A stretch of DNA of 64,000 bases from a virus. Positions 48,618 to 58,637 of the stretch are shown piece after piece (position 1 is the first letter of the stretch; each line of letters begins with the position of its first letter). The stretch lies in UHGV virus genome UHGV-0091736; one strand, written 5' to 3'. The translations under genes and the position numbers were made by a program. The notes beneath the pieces were generated by a model. It worked only from the letters and a program-made list of their open reading frames with translations, was not told the DNA's origin and did not search any database.

Positions 48618-48881
48618 TCATTCTTCATCATTGCCTTTACCTTCAAAGAGTGATACTCTAAGCAATTTAATTTCTTCCAGTGACAGAAGAATCCCACGTT
48701 GCGCCAGATAATGACCAGCTTTAACATCATCCATAATTAGAGCGACGGCAGGAAATTCTACCGCATTAATATTATCGCCACCAACAAACAAGATCAGACA
48801 CTTGTCAGAATTGTCAGTATATGAGAAATCAATATCCCCATAGTTATGAGTAGGGATAGTGTAACTATGTTCTTTAGCCAT
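48618..48881 (-). CDS. Hypothetical protein
   Basis: ORF only. Confidence 0.35.
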   Translation of the reverse strand: MAKEHSYTIPTHNYGDIDFSYTDNSDKCLILFVGGDNINAVEFPAVALIMDDVKAGHYLAQRGILLSLEEIKLLRVSLFEGKGNDEE

Positions 48882-48891
48882 GTATTAATCC

Positions 48892-49764
48892 TTACTTATT
48901 AGCCTTAATGCAGTTGGCTAGATTAACGTGAACAGTATAAACAGCATTATCAGCGTTATTATAAACGGTAGTGGCGATCATCGACTCCTTAACCGGACCA
49001 TAACTCACTAGATTGGTTACAGCTTTAACGTCTTCATAACGTTGTACAGTACCAAATGTCACCATATCCGCATCATTATCAGTGCGCTTAAGCACCAAAT
49101 CATTGTTAGGCTGATTATCTAGTGTTTTAGACTGAAAGAGAACGCCTTCATTTGTTACGTTGCTAAACTTCATTTTTAAGACAATAGTATTGCCGTCACT
49201 ATCCGCACCGTTGCAAATCATCCAACCTTTATTGATGGAACTAGAGAAGACACTAGCCGCATCAGTTGCAGGAGCAGGACTAGCAACAGCCTTATCAGAA
49301 AGAGATGTGACCAGTGCACTAACACCGATCGCTGCAACCAGTGCATAACTTGCCAGATTAACAGACTTCATAATCTTACTTGCAACAGTAGGCTTGATTG
49401 GCTGTTTCTTGTTTTTCTTGTTCCATGCTTCAACCATGACAGACAAGCGGGATAATTCAGCTTTCACATCACGGCATGACTCAGGCCAATCTTTCTGATT
49501 CCAGCTATCTAAATTTGCTTGAATGTAGCAATTAATAGCGTCCTGCATATCGGTAAAACCGTTCTCTTTGAACGTGCTTTCATCTTCACACTGTAAAGCG
49601 TTCGCAGTAGAGTTAATGATCAAGCAAGCCAGCATTACAGAGTTTTTGAATCCTTTACGTGCACTTTCGTTTTCCATCCACGCATCAGGACTACCAACGG
49701 TTAAGCCTAAAGATGAAAGGTTTTCGTTTGCTTTGTTCAAGTGGTTAATTGCTACTTTAGACAT
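48892..49764 (-). CDS. Bitopic membrane protein (cytoplasmic domain, one TM, periplasmic domain)
   Basis: Central hydrophobic helix LASYALVAAIGVSALVTSL. Confidence 0.4.
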   Translation of the reverse strand: MSKVAINHLNKANENLSSLGLTVGSPDAWMENESARKGFKNSVMLACLIINSTANALQCEDESTFKENGFTDMQDAINCYIQANLDSWNQKDWPESCRDVKAELSRLSVMVEAWNKKNKKQPIKPTVASKIMKSVNLASYALVAAIGVSALVTSLSDKAVASPAPATDAASVFSSSINKGWMICNGADSDGNTIVLKMKFSNVTNEGVLFQSKTLDNQPNNDLVLKRTDNDADMVTFGTVQRYEDVKAVTNLVSYGPVKESMIATTVYNNADNAVYTVHVNLANCIKANK

Positions 49765-49979
49765 TTGATATTCCTTATGGTTGATGAAAACTACAAACTA
49801 CAATCGCAACTATATAATAAAGGAAAAGGCTGTCAACCATTTATTTTCTAACTTTCCTATAACTTACTGAAAACTAAAGGAATTTAATTTACTAAACTTT
49901 CCATACTCAGAGAATCAGCTTACTGGATATTGTTACTTTATAACACTAATCCTACGGGTAACAGACCAACAGACCAGGG

Positions 49980-50410
49980 CAAACGGGGAACACACAACCG
50001 CAGGATAGACCACGGGGAAACATAGCCAGATAGTGCGGTAGTAATATACCACTTAAATAATTAGTTAACTATTAATAGCATTACTCAAACATCAAAGACC
50101 ATTCGCTACGCTCATGCACGCTGAAAAAGAAAAGAATAAAAAGAATATAATAACCATCAAACATAATCTTTCCACTTAATTAATACATATATCATTATTG
50201 CACTCATAATAACAACTATTGAAACTATTTACACTCAAACTATGGGGGATGGGATGGTTACTATACGGTATTATTAGACCTGTTATTATCACGCCTTAAC
50301 AGAGTCTAGCCTTTCATCCACTCAGTAAAGGGGAACTAAATAAACGGGTAGGTAATGTAATAGATGACATATACGGGGAAAGAATAACGGGGAGTAGGCA
50401 CGGGGAAGGT
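49980..50410 (+). repeat. Noncoding region with five ACGGGGA repeats around an AT-rich core
   Basis: ACGGGGA at about 49983, 50013, 50373, 50388, 50400. Confidence 0.45.
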
Positions 50411-50719
50411 TAGAACGTGGGAGGAGGTGTAAAGGCATTGCCAATAACCCTTTTTTAAATGAGGACTCCCCCTTTTTAGGAATTCGTCGCAGAGCGCCTA
50501 GCCCCACTCGGTCAAATCAGAATTTTAAACTCTTATATATAAGGTTGAAAGAGAACTTATGTGGAAAATTAAGTTAATCATTAAGCAATTCAAATGTGAT
50601 CATGAGTACTATCGGATACGCAAAGCTTACGGGGATGAAAGAGTTCACTCCCTTTATAAGTCCACTTGGAGATGTAGTGAATGTGGTAAGCTTAAGCACA
50701 GCACATGGATGGATAGGCC

Positions 50720-50891
50720 TTAACGTGACATGGCCTTTATGGGGGTGCCTTAATGTGAAGTCCCTTTTATGTTTTAACTTTTATCAGAGGGATGTATGAC
50801 TGAAGATGAATATGGTAGCTTCTCTGAAGAAGACTACGAAAATGAATACAGGTATACTCACGGGTGTTAATGTGAGGTGGCCTTTACGGGT
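50720..50891 (+). repeat. Three copies of a roughly 24-nt element TTAA(C/T)GTGA ... GGCCTTTA(T/C)GGG
   Basis: Copies at about 50720, 50750, 50868. Confidence 0.4.
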
Positions 50892-50952
50892 TAGATAGCC
50901 ATCAAAGATGACGATATGACTAGCCCTTTATACTTTACTCAGAGGACAAAAG

Positions 50953-51060
50953 TATGGGATGGTTCCTGTTGGTTTTAATTCTTTTTACCACTGTTCCTAT
51001 TGTTGCTGTGTTTGGTTGCATAGCCGCTGACTTATTAGGAATAAAGAAAGGAGATGATTT
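50953..51060 (+). CDS. Small hydrophobic peptide (35 aa), not in the ORF track
   Basis: Single TM-like segment; stop overlaps the next ATG. Confidence 0.3.
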
Positions 51061-51417
51061 ATGAGGTTGGATTTAAGAGGTTGTACTAGGTCAGTTATAT
51101 TGTTCAGAGGTTATGCTATCAAGATTCCTACTTTTAAATCTTGGAAGCTTTTCTTAAAAGGGATTCTTGCTAATCTACAAGAGAGACATTTCTCTGAGAT
51201 GAAAGACCCCAACCTTTGTCCTGTAGTCTTCTCTGATAAGTTAGGTTTCTTAGTAATAATGAAGAGGTGTAAAGAGGTTGAGCACATAGGATTGTGGATG
51301 GCAGAGATTCACACCTTGAAAGGTTCCCTTCCTAAAGAATTTTACCTGTCAGATCTTAAGCCAGAAAATTATGGATACCTAGGCGGGCGGTTGGTTAAAT
51401 TAGATTATGGAGATTGA
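51061..51417 (+). CDS. Small protein with protein-kinase-like catalytic-loop motifs
   Basis: DLKPENYGYLGGRLVKLDYGD resembles the kinase catalytic loop and DFG region. Confidence 0.3.
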   Translation: MRLDLRGCTRSVILFRGYAIKIPTFKSWKLFLKGILANLQERHFSEMKDPNLCPVVFSDKLGFLVIMKRCKEVEHIGLWMAEIHTLKGSLPKEFYLSDLKPENYGYLGGRLVKLDYGD

Positions 51418-51641
51418 TCATGAATTTAATACTAGACTTTTTATCAGAGTTGGTGCCTCGGTTCAGAACAGAAACTTGTGCCTTTGTTAAGATATCCCCT
51501 GAAGAATTAGAATGCATCGGTCGTCTGGTTGACTTGGATGATGATGAAGAATTTGATGCAACGATGGAAGTTAGTAGCCTAGGATGGTTATTCTTCCGAG
51601 CGTTCACCACTATCAAACCACACACTTATAAGGAATATTAA
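51414..51641 (+). CDS. Hypothetical protein
   Basis: ORF with overlapping start. Confidence 0.35.
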   Translation: MIMNLILDFLSELVPRFRTETCAFVKISPEELECIGRLVDLDDDEEFDATMEVSSLGWLFFRAFTTIKPHTYKEY

Positions 51642-51644
51642 TTT

Positions 51645-52046
51645 ATGTTAGACTTAATCCACACTACTCGCCCTAATTCTAAAACTAAAACACAACCATC
51701 TACTCTGGAAGTAGTTGAATATGAATCTACTAAACATGACCACCTCCCTGACTATGCTCGTGCAATGATTGAGATGATTGAAGAAGCTGAATATGAAATG
51801 CTCCATGATTACATTACCTCCAAAGATGAATGGCATCGTGATGTTCGAATAGAAGAGGATGGTACAGAAACAATTACGTGGATTCACAAGAGTGAGCTAG
51901 TAGACGACGCACTGCGAGACTACGAAAAATTTTTGGTCGACGGCTCTATTCTTTTAGAGGAAGGGAAGGGTGCAGAACTTCCGTGGGAAGGCGAGACGAT
52001 TGCTCTTGGTAAGATGTTTAACCTGTCCGTTGGTGATTGTAAGTAA
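51645..52046 (+). CDS. Hypothetical acidic protein
   Basis: ORF followed by a terminator. Confidence 0.35.
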   Translation: MLDLIHTTRPNSKTKTQPSTLEVVEYESTKHDHLPDYARAMIEMIEEAEYEMLHDYITSKDEWHRDVRIEEDGTETITWIHKSELVDDALRDYEKFLVDGSILLEEGKGAELPWEGETIALGKMFNLSVGDCK

Positions 52047-52051
52047 TATTT

Positions 52052-52076
52052 GCCTCCGTTGGGAGGCTTTTTGTGT
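52052..52076 (+). terminator. Rho-independent terminator
   Basis: Stem GCCTCC/GGAGGC, loop GTTG, TTTTT. Confidence 0.6.
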
Positions 52077-52102
52077 TGTTGATAATGTAGAAGGAGTATA
52101 AA

Positions 52103-52576
52103 ATGTTTGGAGAAAACGGAGAACTCACGCCTGCACAGGTAGCTGAGATTACAGGAAGATTACCCGGAGTAACGGAAGAACTTGAAGGCCGTGGTATGAA
52201 CCCAAGCAATGGGAAGTTTCAAAAGGGGAATAAATTCGGACGACCCAAAGGTAGTAGAGGTAAACTGACACAATTAATGTTGGACCGTGTTGCTGCAAGT
52301 CATTTGTCTCCTGATGAAGTGTTAATTCAAATTTACGAAGATCCTAATATTCCACCTGATCTTAGATTCAAGGCTGCATCAAAAGTTGCAGATCTGGTAT
52401 ATCCTAAGGCGGCCTCCGTTGAAGTTAAGATTGAGGAAGAGAATGTAATCAACGAAGAATCATTGAATGCACAAATCAAGGACTTCTTGACTGGAGCACT
52501 TGGTATCGACGTTATGCCTCCAGAAGAAGACAACTCTGAGGACGCTGAAAAGGGGGAGGAAGCGGACGAGAGTTAA
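52103..52576 (+). CDS. Putative terminase small subunit
   Basis: Immediately upstream of the large terminase; basic HTH-like N-terminal region, acidic C-terminus. Confidence 0.45.
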   Translation: MFGENGELTPAQVAEITGRLPGVTEELEGRGMNPSNGKFQKGNKFGRPKGSRGKLTQLMLDRVAASHLSPDEVLIQIYEDPNIPPDLRFKAASKVADLVYPKAASVEVKIEEENVINEESLNAQIKDFLTGALGIDVMPPEEDNSEDAEKGEEADES

Positions 52577-52645
52577 GTAAAGGAAAGAAGGGGAGGTTCT
52601 TTGACGAAGGGACTTTCCCTTTTCTATTTTTAAACTGGAGGAAGT

Positions 52646-53251
52646 ATGTCACTAGATAAACAAATTTATGAAGCTCTAACTGGTAACAATCTTAGTGTAG
52701 ATGAAAAGAAAGCACTATTGAATATGTTGAAAGAGCGTGACCAATGGAGGAAGTATAATAGGATTTTGTCTTTCAAGGCGTATGACTTCCAAAAGAAATT
52801 TTATGCAGCAGGATTGAAGCATAGGTTCAGGTTTCTCTGTGCGGCTAACCGAGTTGGGAAAAGTTACAGTGAAGCGTACGAATTCGCATGCCACGTTACC
52901 GGAAGATATCCAACATGGTGGACCGGTCATAAGTTTAAGAGGCCAATACTTGCGTGGGCTGTAGGGATTACAGGGGACTCAACAAGGAAAGTATTGCAAA
53001 AAGAATTATTTGGTACACCAATTGGAAAGGACACTAATCTGCTAGGTACTGGAGTTATTCCACGAGATGCAATAGTAATAGATACTATAGAAAGGGATGG
53101 TAATAAGCTACAGATAGTACAGATTAAGCACCAGAATGAAAGGGGTGAGTTTGATGGATTAAGTACGTTAGAATTTCGATCAACACAACAGGGTGAACAT
53201 ACACTGATGGGTGCTACTGTTGATTATATATGGCTGGATGAAGAGGATTGT
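52646..53251 (+). CDS. Terminase large subunit, exon 1 (ATPase N-terminal part through Walker B)
   Basis: Walker A AANRVGKS and Walker B YIWLDE; track ORF stops two codons after the proposed splice point. Confidence 0.7.
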
Positions 53252-54037
53252 ATATAACATAGCTAGAAGTGTTGGTCCTCTATAAACTCGGTGAATTGCT
53301 GGAACCTCTGACCCTTAAGTGGAAGACAATCAGCAGCGAAGATAATGTATAACTTACTCATGATACATTATAACGTTCAACGACTATCGAAAGCATAGCC
53401 CGTATGGGTGAAGAAGCAAGTAGAGTAGATACCAAGTGGTATCGAAGTGCCGAGCAAAACTAAGGAGTGATACATTGGGTAGACCTAACAAATCATTAGA
53501 TTCAACCAAAACATGTTCAGTGTGCTCTGTAACAAAAGACATAGAATCTTTTGCAATAAGAACAAGAGCAATATCCACTGGAGAGGTTAGAATCTACCGT
53601 AAGTCTCAATGCAAAGAGTGCATGGCTGAGATGAGAAGGGATTGGGGTAAGAATAATCCAGATAAGATTCGTGAGAATAATAATTCTCCAAATAAGAGAG
53701 CTTGCGATAATGCAAGACGGGCTGGATTAGAAACTGCTTCTATTATCAGAGATGATGAGTATAATAAATTTGTTATGGAAGAAATGTATGAACTTCGAAA
53801 TCTTAGAACAAAGGAAACTGGATTTCAATGGCATGTAGATCACATAATCCCTTTAAAAGGTAATAACGTATGTGGTTTTCATGTCTGGTATAACTTGCAG
53901 GTAGTTCCTGCTGTTTTCAACCTATCTAAGAGTAATAGTTTTGATGATATAGTCTGCTCTGCATGGAAACATGCAGCTGGAGAAATCCGGGATGAGATTA
54001 ACGATCTTGTCTGAACAACACGCCATATGAGTCTATG
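53252..54037 (+). mobile_element. Self-splicing intron (probably group I) in the terminase large subunit gene, carrying an HNH ORF
   Basis: Exon 1 ends in T (TGT), intron ends in G (ATG); splicing joins Walker B to the ITATP motif in frame; shares AACTCGGTGAA block with the polymerase intron. Confidence 0.55.
53436..54014 (+). CDS. Intron-encoded HNH endonuclease (probable TTG start at 53475)
   Basis: [24 protein letters not shown] motif; AAGGAG then TTG; TAATGTATA at 53343-53351 upstream. Confidence 0.65.
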   Translation: MVSKCRAKLRSDTLGRPNKSLDSTKTCSVCSVTKDIESFAIRTRAISTGEVRIYRKSQCKECMAEMRRDWGKNNPDKIRENNNSPNKRACDNARRAGLETASIIRDDEYNKFVMEEMYELRNLRTKETGFQWHVDHIIPLKGNNVCGFHVWYNLQVVPAVFNLSKSNSFDDIVCSAWKHAAGEIRDEINDLV

Positions 54038-54961
54038 GCTATATTCGCACAGTGCGTCACACGTACACTCACAACTAAAGGTCTAGTTACAATTACAGCT
54101 ACACCAGAGAACGGTTTAACTGAACTGGTAGATAAATTTATGAAAGGTGAAGGGGATGAGAACACAGGTTCTCTATATTTCCAGAATGCTTCTTGGTGGG
54201 ATGCTCATGCAGACCTAGGTGGACATATCACTGACCAAGATATAAAAGATATGACTGAAGGTATTCCAGCGTGGCAGTTAGAGATGCGTTCGAAAGGTAT
54301 GCCATTGTTAGGAAGTGGTTTGATATATGATGTATCGGATGACACAATTAAATGTGAACCATTCGAAATTCCTGATACGTGGAAACGTGTCTGTGCAATT
54401 GATATTGGTATTGATCACCCAACTGCTGCTGTTTGGACAGCTTACGATGCAAACACGGATACTGTCTATGTTTACGACTCATATAAAGAAGGTGGCTTTA
54501 CTCCAGTGTATCATGCTCCAGCTATTAATGGTCGTGGTCAGTGGATTCCTGTCATCCTACCGCATGATGCGGACAATATTGAGAAAGGTAGTGGATCATC
54601 TGTTGCTCAATTCTATAAGAATGCAGGAGTTAATGTACAGAGTGAGACCTTCTACAACAAAATTGGAATGGATGGTAAAAAGAACTTCTTTGTAGAACCC
54701 GGAATCACAGATATCCGAGAAAGAATGATGAGTGGACGCTTTAAAATCTTTAACACAGCTGCTAACGCTAAGCTATTCGAAGAGAAAGCTAGATATCACC
54801 GCAAGGTTGGTAAGATTATTAAAGAACATGATGACTTAATGGATGCAATGCGCTATTCAGCGTGCTCTGTTACACATCGTGGTCGCTCTAAGCATGACGT
54901 TAGCTACGGAAGTGCTTCTCTGTATGAGGCAAACGTAAGCAGATGGAATCAGAGTTACTAA
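54038..54961 (+). CDS. Terminase large subunit, exon 2 (coupling motif and nuclease domain)
   Basis: LVTITATPENG motif then Asp-rich nuclease-like region. Confidence 0.7.
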   Translation, partial: AIFAQCVTRTLTTKGLVTITATPENGLTELVDKFMKGEGDENTGSLYFQNASWWDAHADLGGHITDQDIKDMTEGIPAWQLEMRSKGMPLLGSGLIYDVSDDTIKCEPFEIPDTWKRVCAIDIGIDHPTAAVWTAYDANTDTVYVYDSYKEGGFTPVYHAPAINGRGQWIPVILPHDADNIEKGSGSSVAQFYKNAGVNVQSETFYNKIGMDGKKNFFVEPGITDIRERMMSGRFKIFNTAANAKLFEEKARYHRKVGKIIKEHDDLMDAMRYSACSVTHRGRSKHDVSYGSASLYEANVSRWNQSY

Positions 54962-55022
54962 AGTAAGGGGGAGGTTTGTCCTCCCTTCTTTTATTTAAGC
55001 TATCAACCGAGGGAGAGAATCG

Positions 55023-57266
55023 ATGGCTAAGCAAAAATATAGTGAAGAGGTGTTGGACGAGTTACGTGTTGACCTTCAACGTCGTTTTAATTACGCTCAA
55101 GGCTACGTGGACATGGCTGTTAAGGGCTATGCTCGTGAAGCTTGGGAATATTTCTATGGTAACTTACCTGCACCAGTAACTGCTGGCAGCTCTAGTTGGG
55201 TAGATCGTACTGTTTGGGAATCTGTTAACGGTACATTGCAAGATATTATTAACGTATTCTGTTCTGGTGATGAAGCAGTTACTTTCGTAGCTGACAACCA
55301 ACAGGATTCTGATGCTGCTGATGTAGCAACTAAATTAGTCAACCAAATTCTTCTGCGTGACAATCCGGGATACAATATTATCTCTTCTGCTGCACAAGAA
55401 TGTCTGGTTACTCGTAACTCTTTTATCAAATATTATTGGGATGAGCACACTTCTACTCAAACTGAAGAAGCTGAAGGTGTACCACCGGAAGCATTGGCTG
55501 CATATGTTCAGGGATTAGAAGCTGGTGGACTCAAGAATCTGGAAATCTTCACTGAAGATAATGAAGACGGTACAGTAGATGTTAAAGTTACTTATGAACA
55601 AACTGTTAAACGTGTGAAAGTTGAATATGTTCCTTCAGAGCAAATCTTTGTTGATGAACATGCTACCTCTTTTGCAGATGCACAATACTTCTGTCATCGT
55701 GTACGTCGTTCTAAAGAAGATCTGGTTGCTATGGGCTTCCCTAAAGATGAGATTGAAGCATTCAACGACTGGACAGACACGATGGACACCACTCAATCTA
55801 CAGTTGCTTGGTCTCGTACTGACTGGCGTCAGGATATTGATGCTGATATTGGTACAGATACCGAAGATATCGCTTCTATGGTTTGGGTTTATGAGCACTA
55901 CATCCGTACTGGTGTTCTAGATAAGAATAAAGAGTCTAAACTCTATCAGGTTATTCAAGCTGGTGAGCATATCCTTCACACTGAAGAAGTAACTCACATT
56001 CCGTTTGTAACCTTCTGCCCGTATCCGATTCCGGGTTCCTTCTATGGTCAATCGGTCTATGACATTACGAAAGATATTCAAGATTTACGTACCGCGTTAG
56101 TTCGTGGTTATATTGATAACGTCAACAATGCTAACTATGGTCGATACAAAGCTCTTGTTGGTGCATACGATCGTCGCTCTCTGCTTGATAACCGTCCCGG
56201 TGGAGTGGTTGAAATGGAACGTCAGGACGCTATTGACCTGTTCCCATACCATAACCTACCTCAAGGTATTGACGGCCTCCTAGGCATGTCTGAGGAGCTT
56301 AAAGAGACACGTACAGGTGTAACCAAACTAGGCATGGGTATCAACCCTGATGTGTTTAAGAATGATAACGCTTATGCAACCGTAGGCTTGATGATGAATG
56401 CTGCACAGAACCGTCTCCGTATGGTATGTCGTAACATTGCTCACAATGGTATGGTTGAATTGATGCGTGGTATTTACAGTCTTATCAGAGAAAACGGTGA
56501 AGTTCCTATTGAGGTACAAACACCTCGTGGTATGGTTCAGGTTAACCCTAAACAATTACCAGCTCGTCATAATCTTCAAGTTGTTGTAGCTATCTCTCCT
56601 AATGAGAAAGCAGAACGTGCACAGAAACTGATTAGCTTGAAACAGCTGATTGCAGCAGATGCACAGTTAGCACCTCTCTTTGGTTTGGAGCAAGATCGTT
56701 ACATGACTGCACAGATCTTTGAGTTGATGGGTATTAAGGACACTCACAAATACCTTCTGCCTCTGGAACAGTATCAGCCTCCAGAACCTTCTCCGATGGA
56801 AATCCTCCAGCTCGAGATGACTAAAGCACAGGTTGAGAACGTACAGGCTTCTTCTCAGAAGATGATTGCTGATGCATTCGACCAACGTGAACGTACTACA
56901 TTTGAACAGCAGAAAGCTGCGGATGAATTGAGTCTGCGTCAGGAAGAGTTGCAGTTCAAGCAAGAAAATGCAGCAGATGTTATGACTCTGGAAAACCGTA
57001 AAGAAGATAACAGCGCTACTCTGGAACAAGCTAAGCACAAGTTAGCTCTTATGCAACAGCAGGTCCGTCAATATGAATCTGTACTGAAAGAGTTGCAGAT
57101 GGTTATGGAACATCAGGTTGACCAAGAGAAGCTTAATGAACAATCACGCATTCAAAACAAGACTTTGGAACTCCAAAAGAAAGAAGCTAATGTAACTAAG
57201 AAAGAGCAACAAGCTTCTCTCAAAGATTCACGGATTCCAGGCAAACGTCTTGGAAGTAAAAAGTAA
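55023..57266 (+). CDS. Portal protein (putative)
   Basis: 747-aa ORF directly after terminase; coiled-coil-rich C-terminal third. Confidence 0.55.
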   Translation: MAKQKYSEEVLDELRVDLQRRFNYAQGYVDMAVKGYAREAWEYFYGNLPAPVTAGSSSWVDRTVWESVNGTLQDIINVFCSGDEAVTFVADNQQDSDAADVATKLVNQILLRDNPGYNIISSAAQECLVTRNSFIKYYWDEHTSTQTEEAEGVPPEALAAYVQGLEAGGLKNLEIFTEDNEDGTVDVKVTYEQTVKRVKVEYVPSEQIFVDEHATSFADAQYFCHRVRRSKEDLVAMGFPKDEIEAFNDWTDTMDTTQSTVAWSRTDWRQDIDADIGTDTEDIASMVWVYEHYIRTGVLDKNKESKLYQVIQAGEHILHTEEVTHIPFVTFCPYPIPGSFYGQSVYDITKDIQDLRTALVRGYIDNVNNANYGRYKALVGAYDRRSLLDNRPGGVVEMERQDAIDLFPYHNLPQGIDGLLGMSEELKETRTGVTKLGMGINPDVFKNDNAYATVGLMMNAAQNRLRMVCRNIAHNGMVELMRGIYSLIRENGEVPIEVQTPRGMVQVNPKQLPARHNLQVVVAISPNEKAERAQKLISLKQLIAADAQLAPLFGLEQDRYMTAQIFELMGIKDTHKYLLPLEQYQPPEPSPMEILQLEMTKAQVENVQASSQKMIADAFDQRERTTFEQQKAADELSLRQEELQFKQENAADVMTLENRKEDNSATLEQAKHKLALMQQQVRQYESVLKELQMVMEHQVDQEKLNEQSRIQNKTLELQKKEANVTKKEQQASLKDSRIPGKRLGSKK

Positions 57267-57275
57267 GGACGTCGA

Positions 57276-57512
57276 ATGAACATTAGGCATCAATTCAATA
57301 AAGAGCACGCCGCCGCTTTGGCGGCTCTCAATCTTAACGGCAGTCTTGACGCAGCATTAGAGGCATTGAAAGAAAGACTCATGACAGAGATAGTTCAAAC
57401 AGAACCTCATGAGAATAAGAAACGCGAAGATTGTTATCAAAAGTATAAAATGGTGGGTAGCTTAAAAGAGGTCATAAAAGCTGCTATCAATAGTGCAGGA
57501 GATGTTTCATAA
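57276..57512 (+). CDS. Hypothetical small protein
   Basis: ORF between portal and scaffold-like genes. Confidence 0.35.
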   Translation: MNIRHQFNKEHAAALAALNLNGSLDAALEALKERLMTEIVQTEPHENKKREDCYQKYKMVGSLKEVIKAAINSAGDVS

Positions 57513-58597
57513 TGCCACAAGATAATTATATTGACCCGAACGATTTTAAATCTTTCCTCCAACTGGATGACCTGAAAGGTTCTTTCAAAGAAGAACTCGG
57601 TCGATTAGAATCTGAACAAGAACCAGAAGTGGACATTGACGATGAGTTCCCGGAAAAAGACGGTGACGATTTCGACTTTGATACCGACCTTCTCGGTGAA
57701 AGCGATGAGCTTAAGTTCGAAGATGAAGATGGTTGGGAAGATCGTGAAGAGGAAGGCGAAGTCGAAGAAGATGAGGAAGAATTTGATGAATCAGATGAAA
57801 ACTCTGAAGCAGATGAGGACGACTCAAGCGATGCAGGATATGAAGATGATTCTGCTGACGGTGAAGGTGAAGTCTTTGATGTAGACTACGAAACCGTTAT
57901 CACCCTTCCTGATGGACGTGAGATGACTATTGAAGAACTTTCTAATGGCTATCTTACTGGTGCTGATATGACAGAACGAGAATCAACTCTTCAGCGTCAT
58001 ATGGAAGCATTTGAGGAACGTGTAGTAGGTTTGAAGGATGTATTAGAACTAGCGTCTTTAGAAGCAGACCGAGTAATTGAAGATTATAACGGTTTTGATT
58101 GGGACAAGCTTGCAGTAGAAGATCCTCAAGCATATGTTGAAAACAAACGTTTCCTAGAGAAGTACACAGCTCGCCGTCAACAGCTTGAACAGGCTCAGGT
58201 CCGTGTTAAGCAGGAAGCAGCAGCTAAAGAACAGGAAGCTTTCCAAGCCAAGAGCATTGAATGTGTTAATATTCTGAAACGTGAGATTCCAAATTGGGAT
58301 GAAAACTTATATCAAAACTTAATGCAATACGCAATTGACTTAGGTGCTACTGAAGAAGAAGTATTGAAGGAAAACCGTCCGTCTATTTTCCTAGCTCTCC
58401 ATAAAGCATACCAATTTGATAAAGGTAAGCAACAGGTGATGGCTAAGATTAAACGTCCCGGTGCTCCACGCAAGGTTGTGAAGTCTGATGCTGCAAAGTC
58501 TCGCACTTCCAATAAGCCCGACAACGCTAAGGTTGCCAAGGCATTCGCAGAGGGTCGCGTTAGTCACGAAGACGCATTCAAATTCCTCGTAGATTAA
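57512..58597 (+). CDS. Scaffolding protein (putative)
   Basis: Highly acidic low-complexity N-terminal half, helical C-terminal half; precedes the capsid gene. Confidence 0.45.
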   Translation: MPQDNYIDPNDFKSFLQLDDLKGSFKEELGRLESEQEPEVDIDDEFPEKDGDDFDFDTDLLGESDELKFEDEDGWEDREEEGEVEEDEEEFDESDENSEADEDDSSDAGYEDDSADGEGEVFDVDYETVITLPDGREMTIEELSNGYLTGADMTERESTLQRHMEAFEERVVGLKDVLELASLEADRVIEDYNGFDWDKLAVEDPQAYVENKRFLEKYTARRQQLEQAQVRVKQEAAAKEQEAFQAKSIECVNILKREIPNWDENLYQNLMQYAIDLGATEEEVLKENRPSIFLALHKAYQFDKGKQQVMAKIKRPGAPRKVVKSDAAKSRTSNKPDNAKVAKAFAEGRVSHEDAFKFLVD

Positions 58598-58637
58598 TCG
58601 ACAAATTAATTATTAATAGTATAGGAGCTAACATAAC

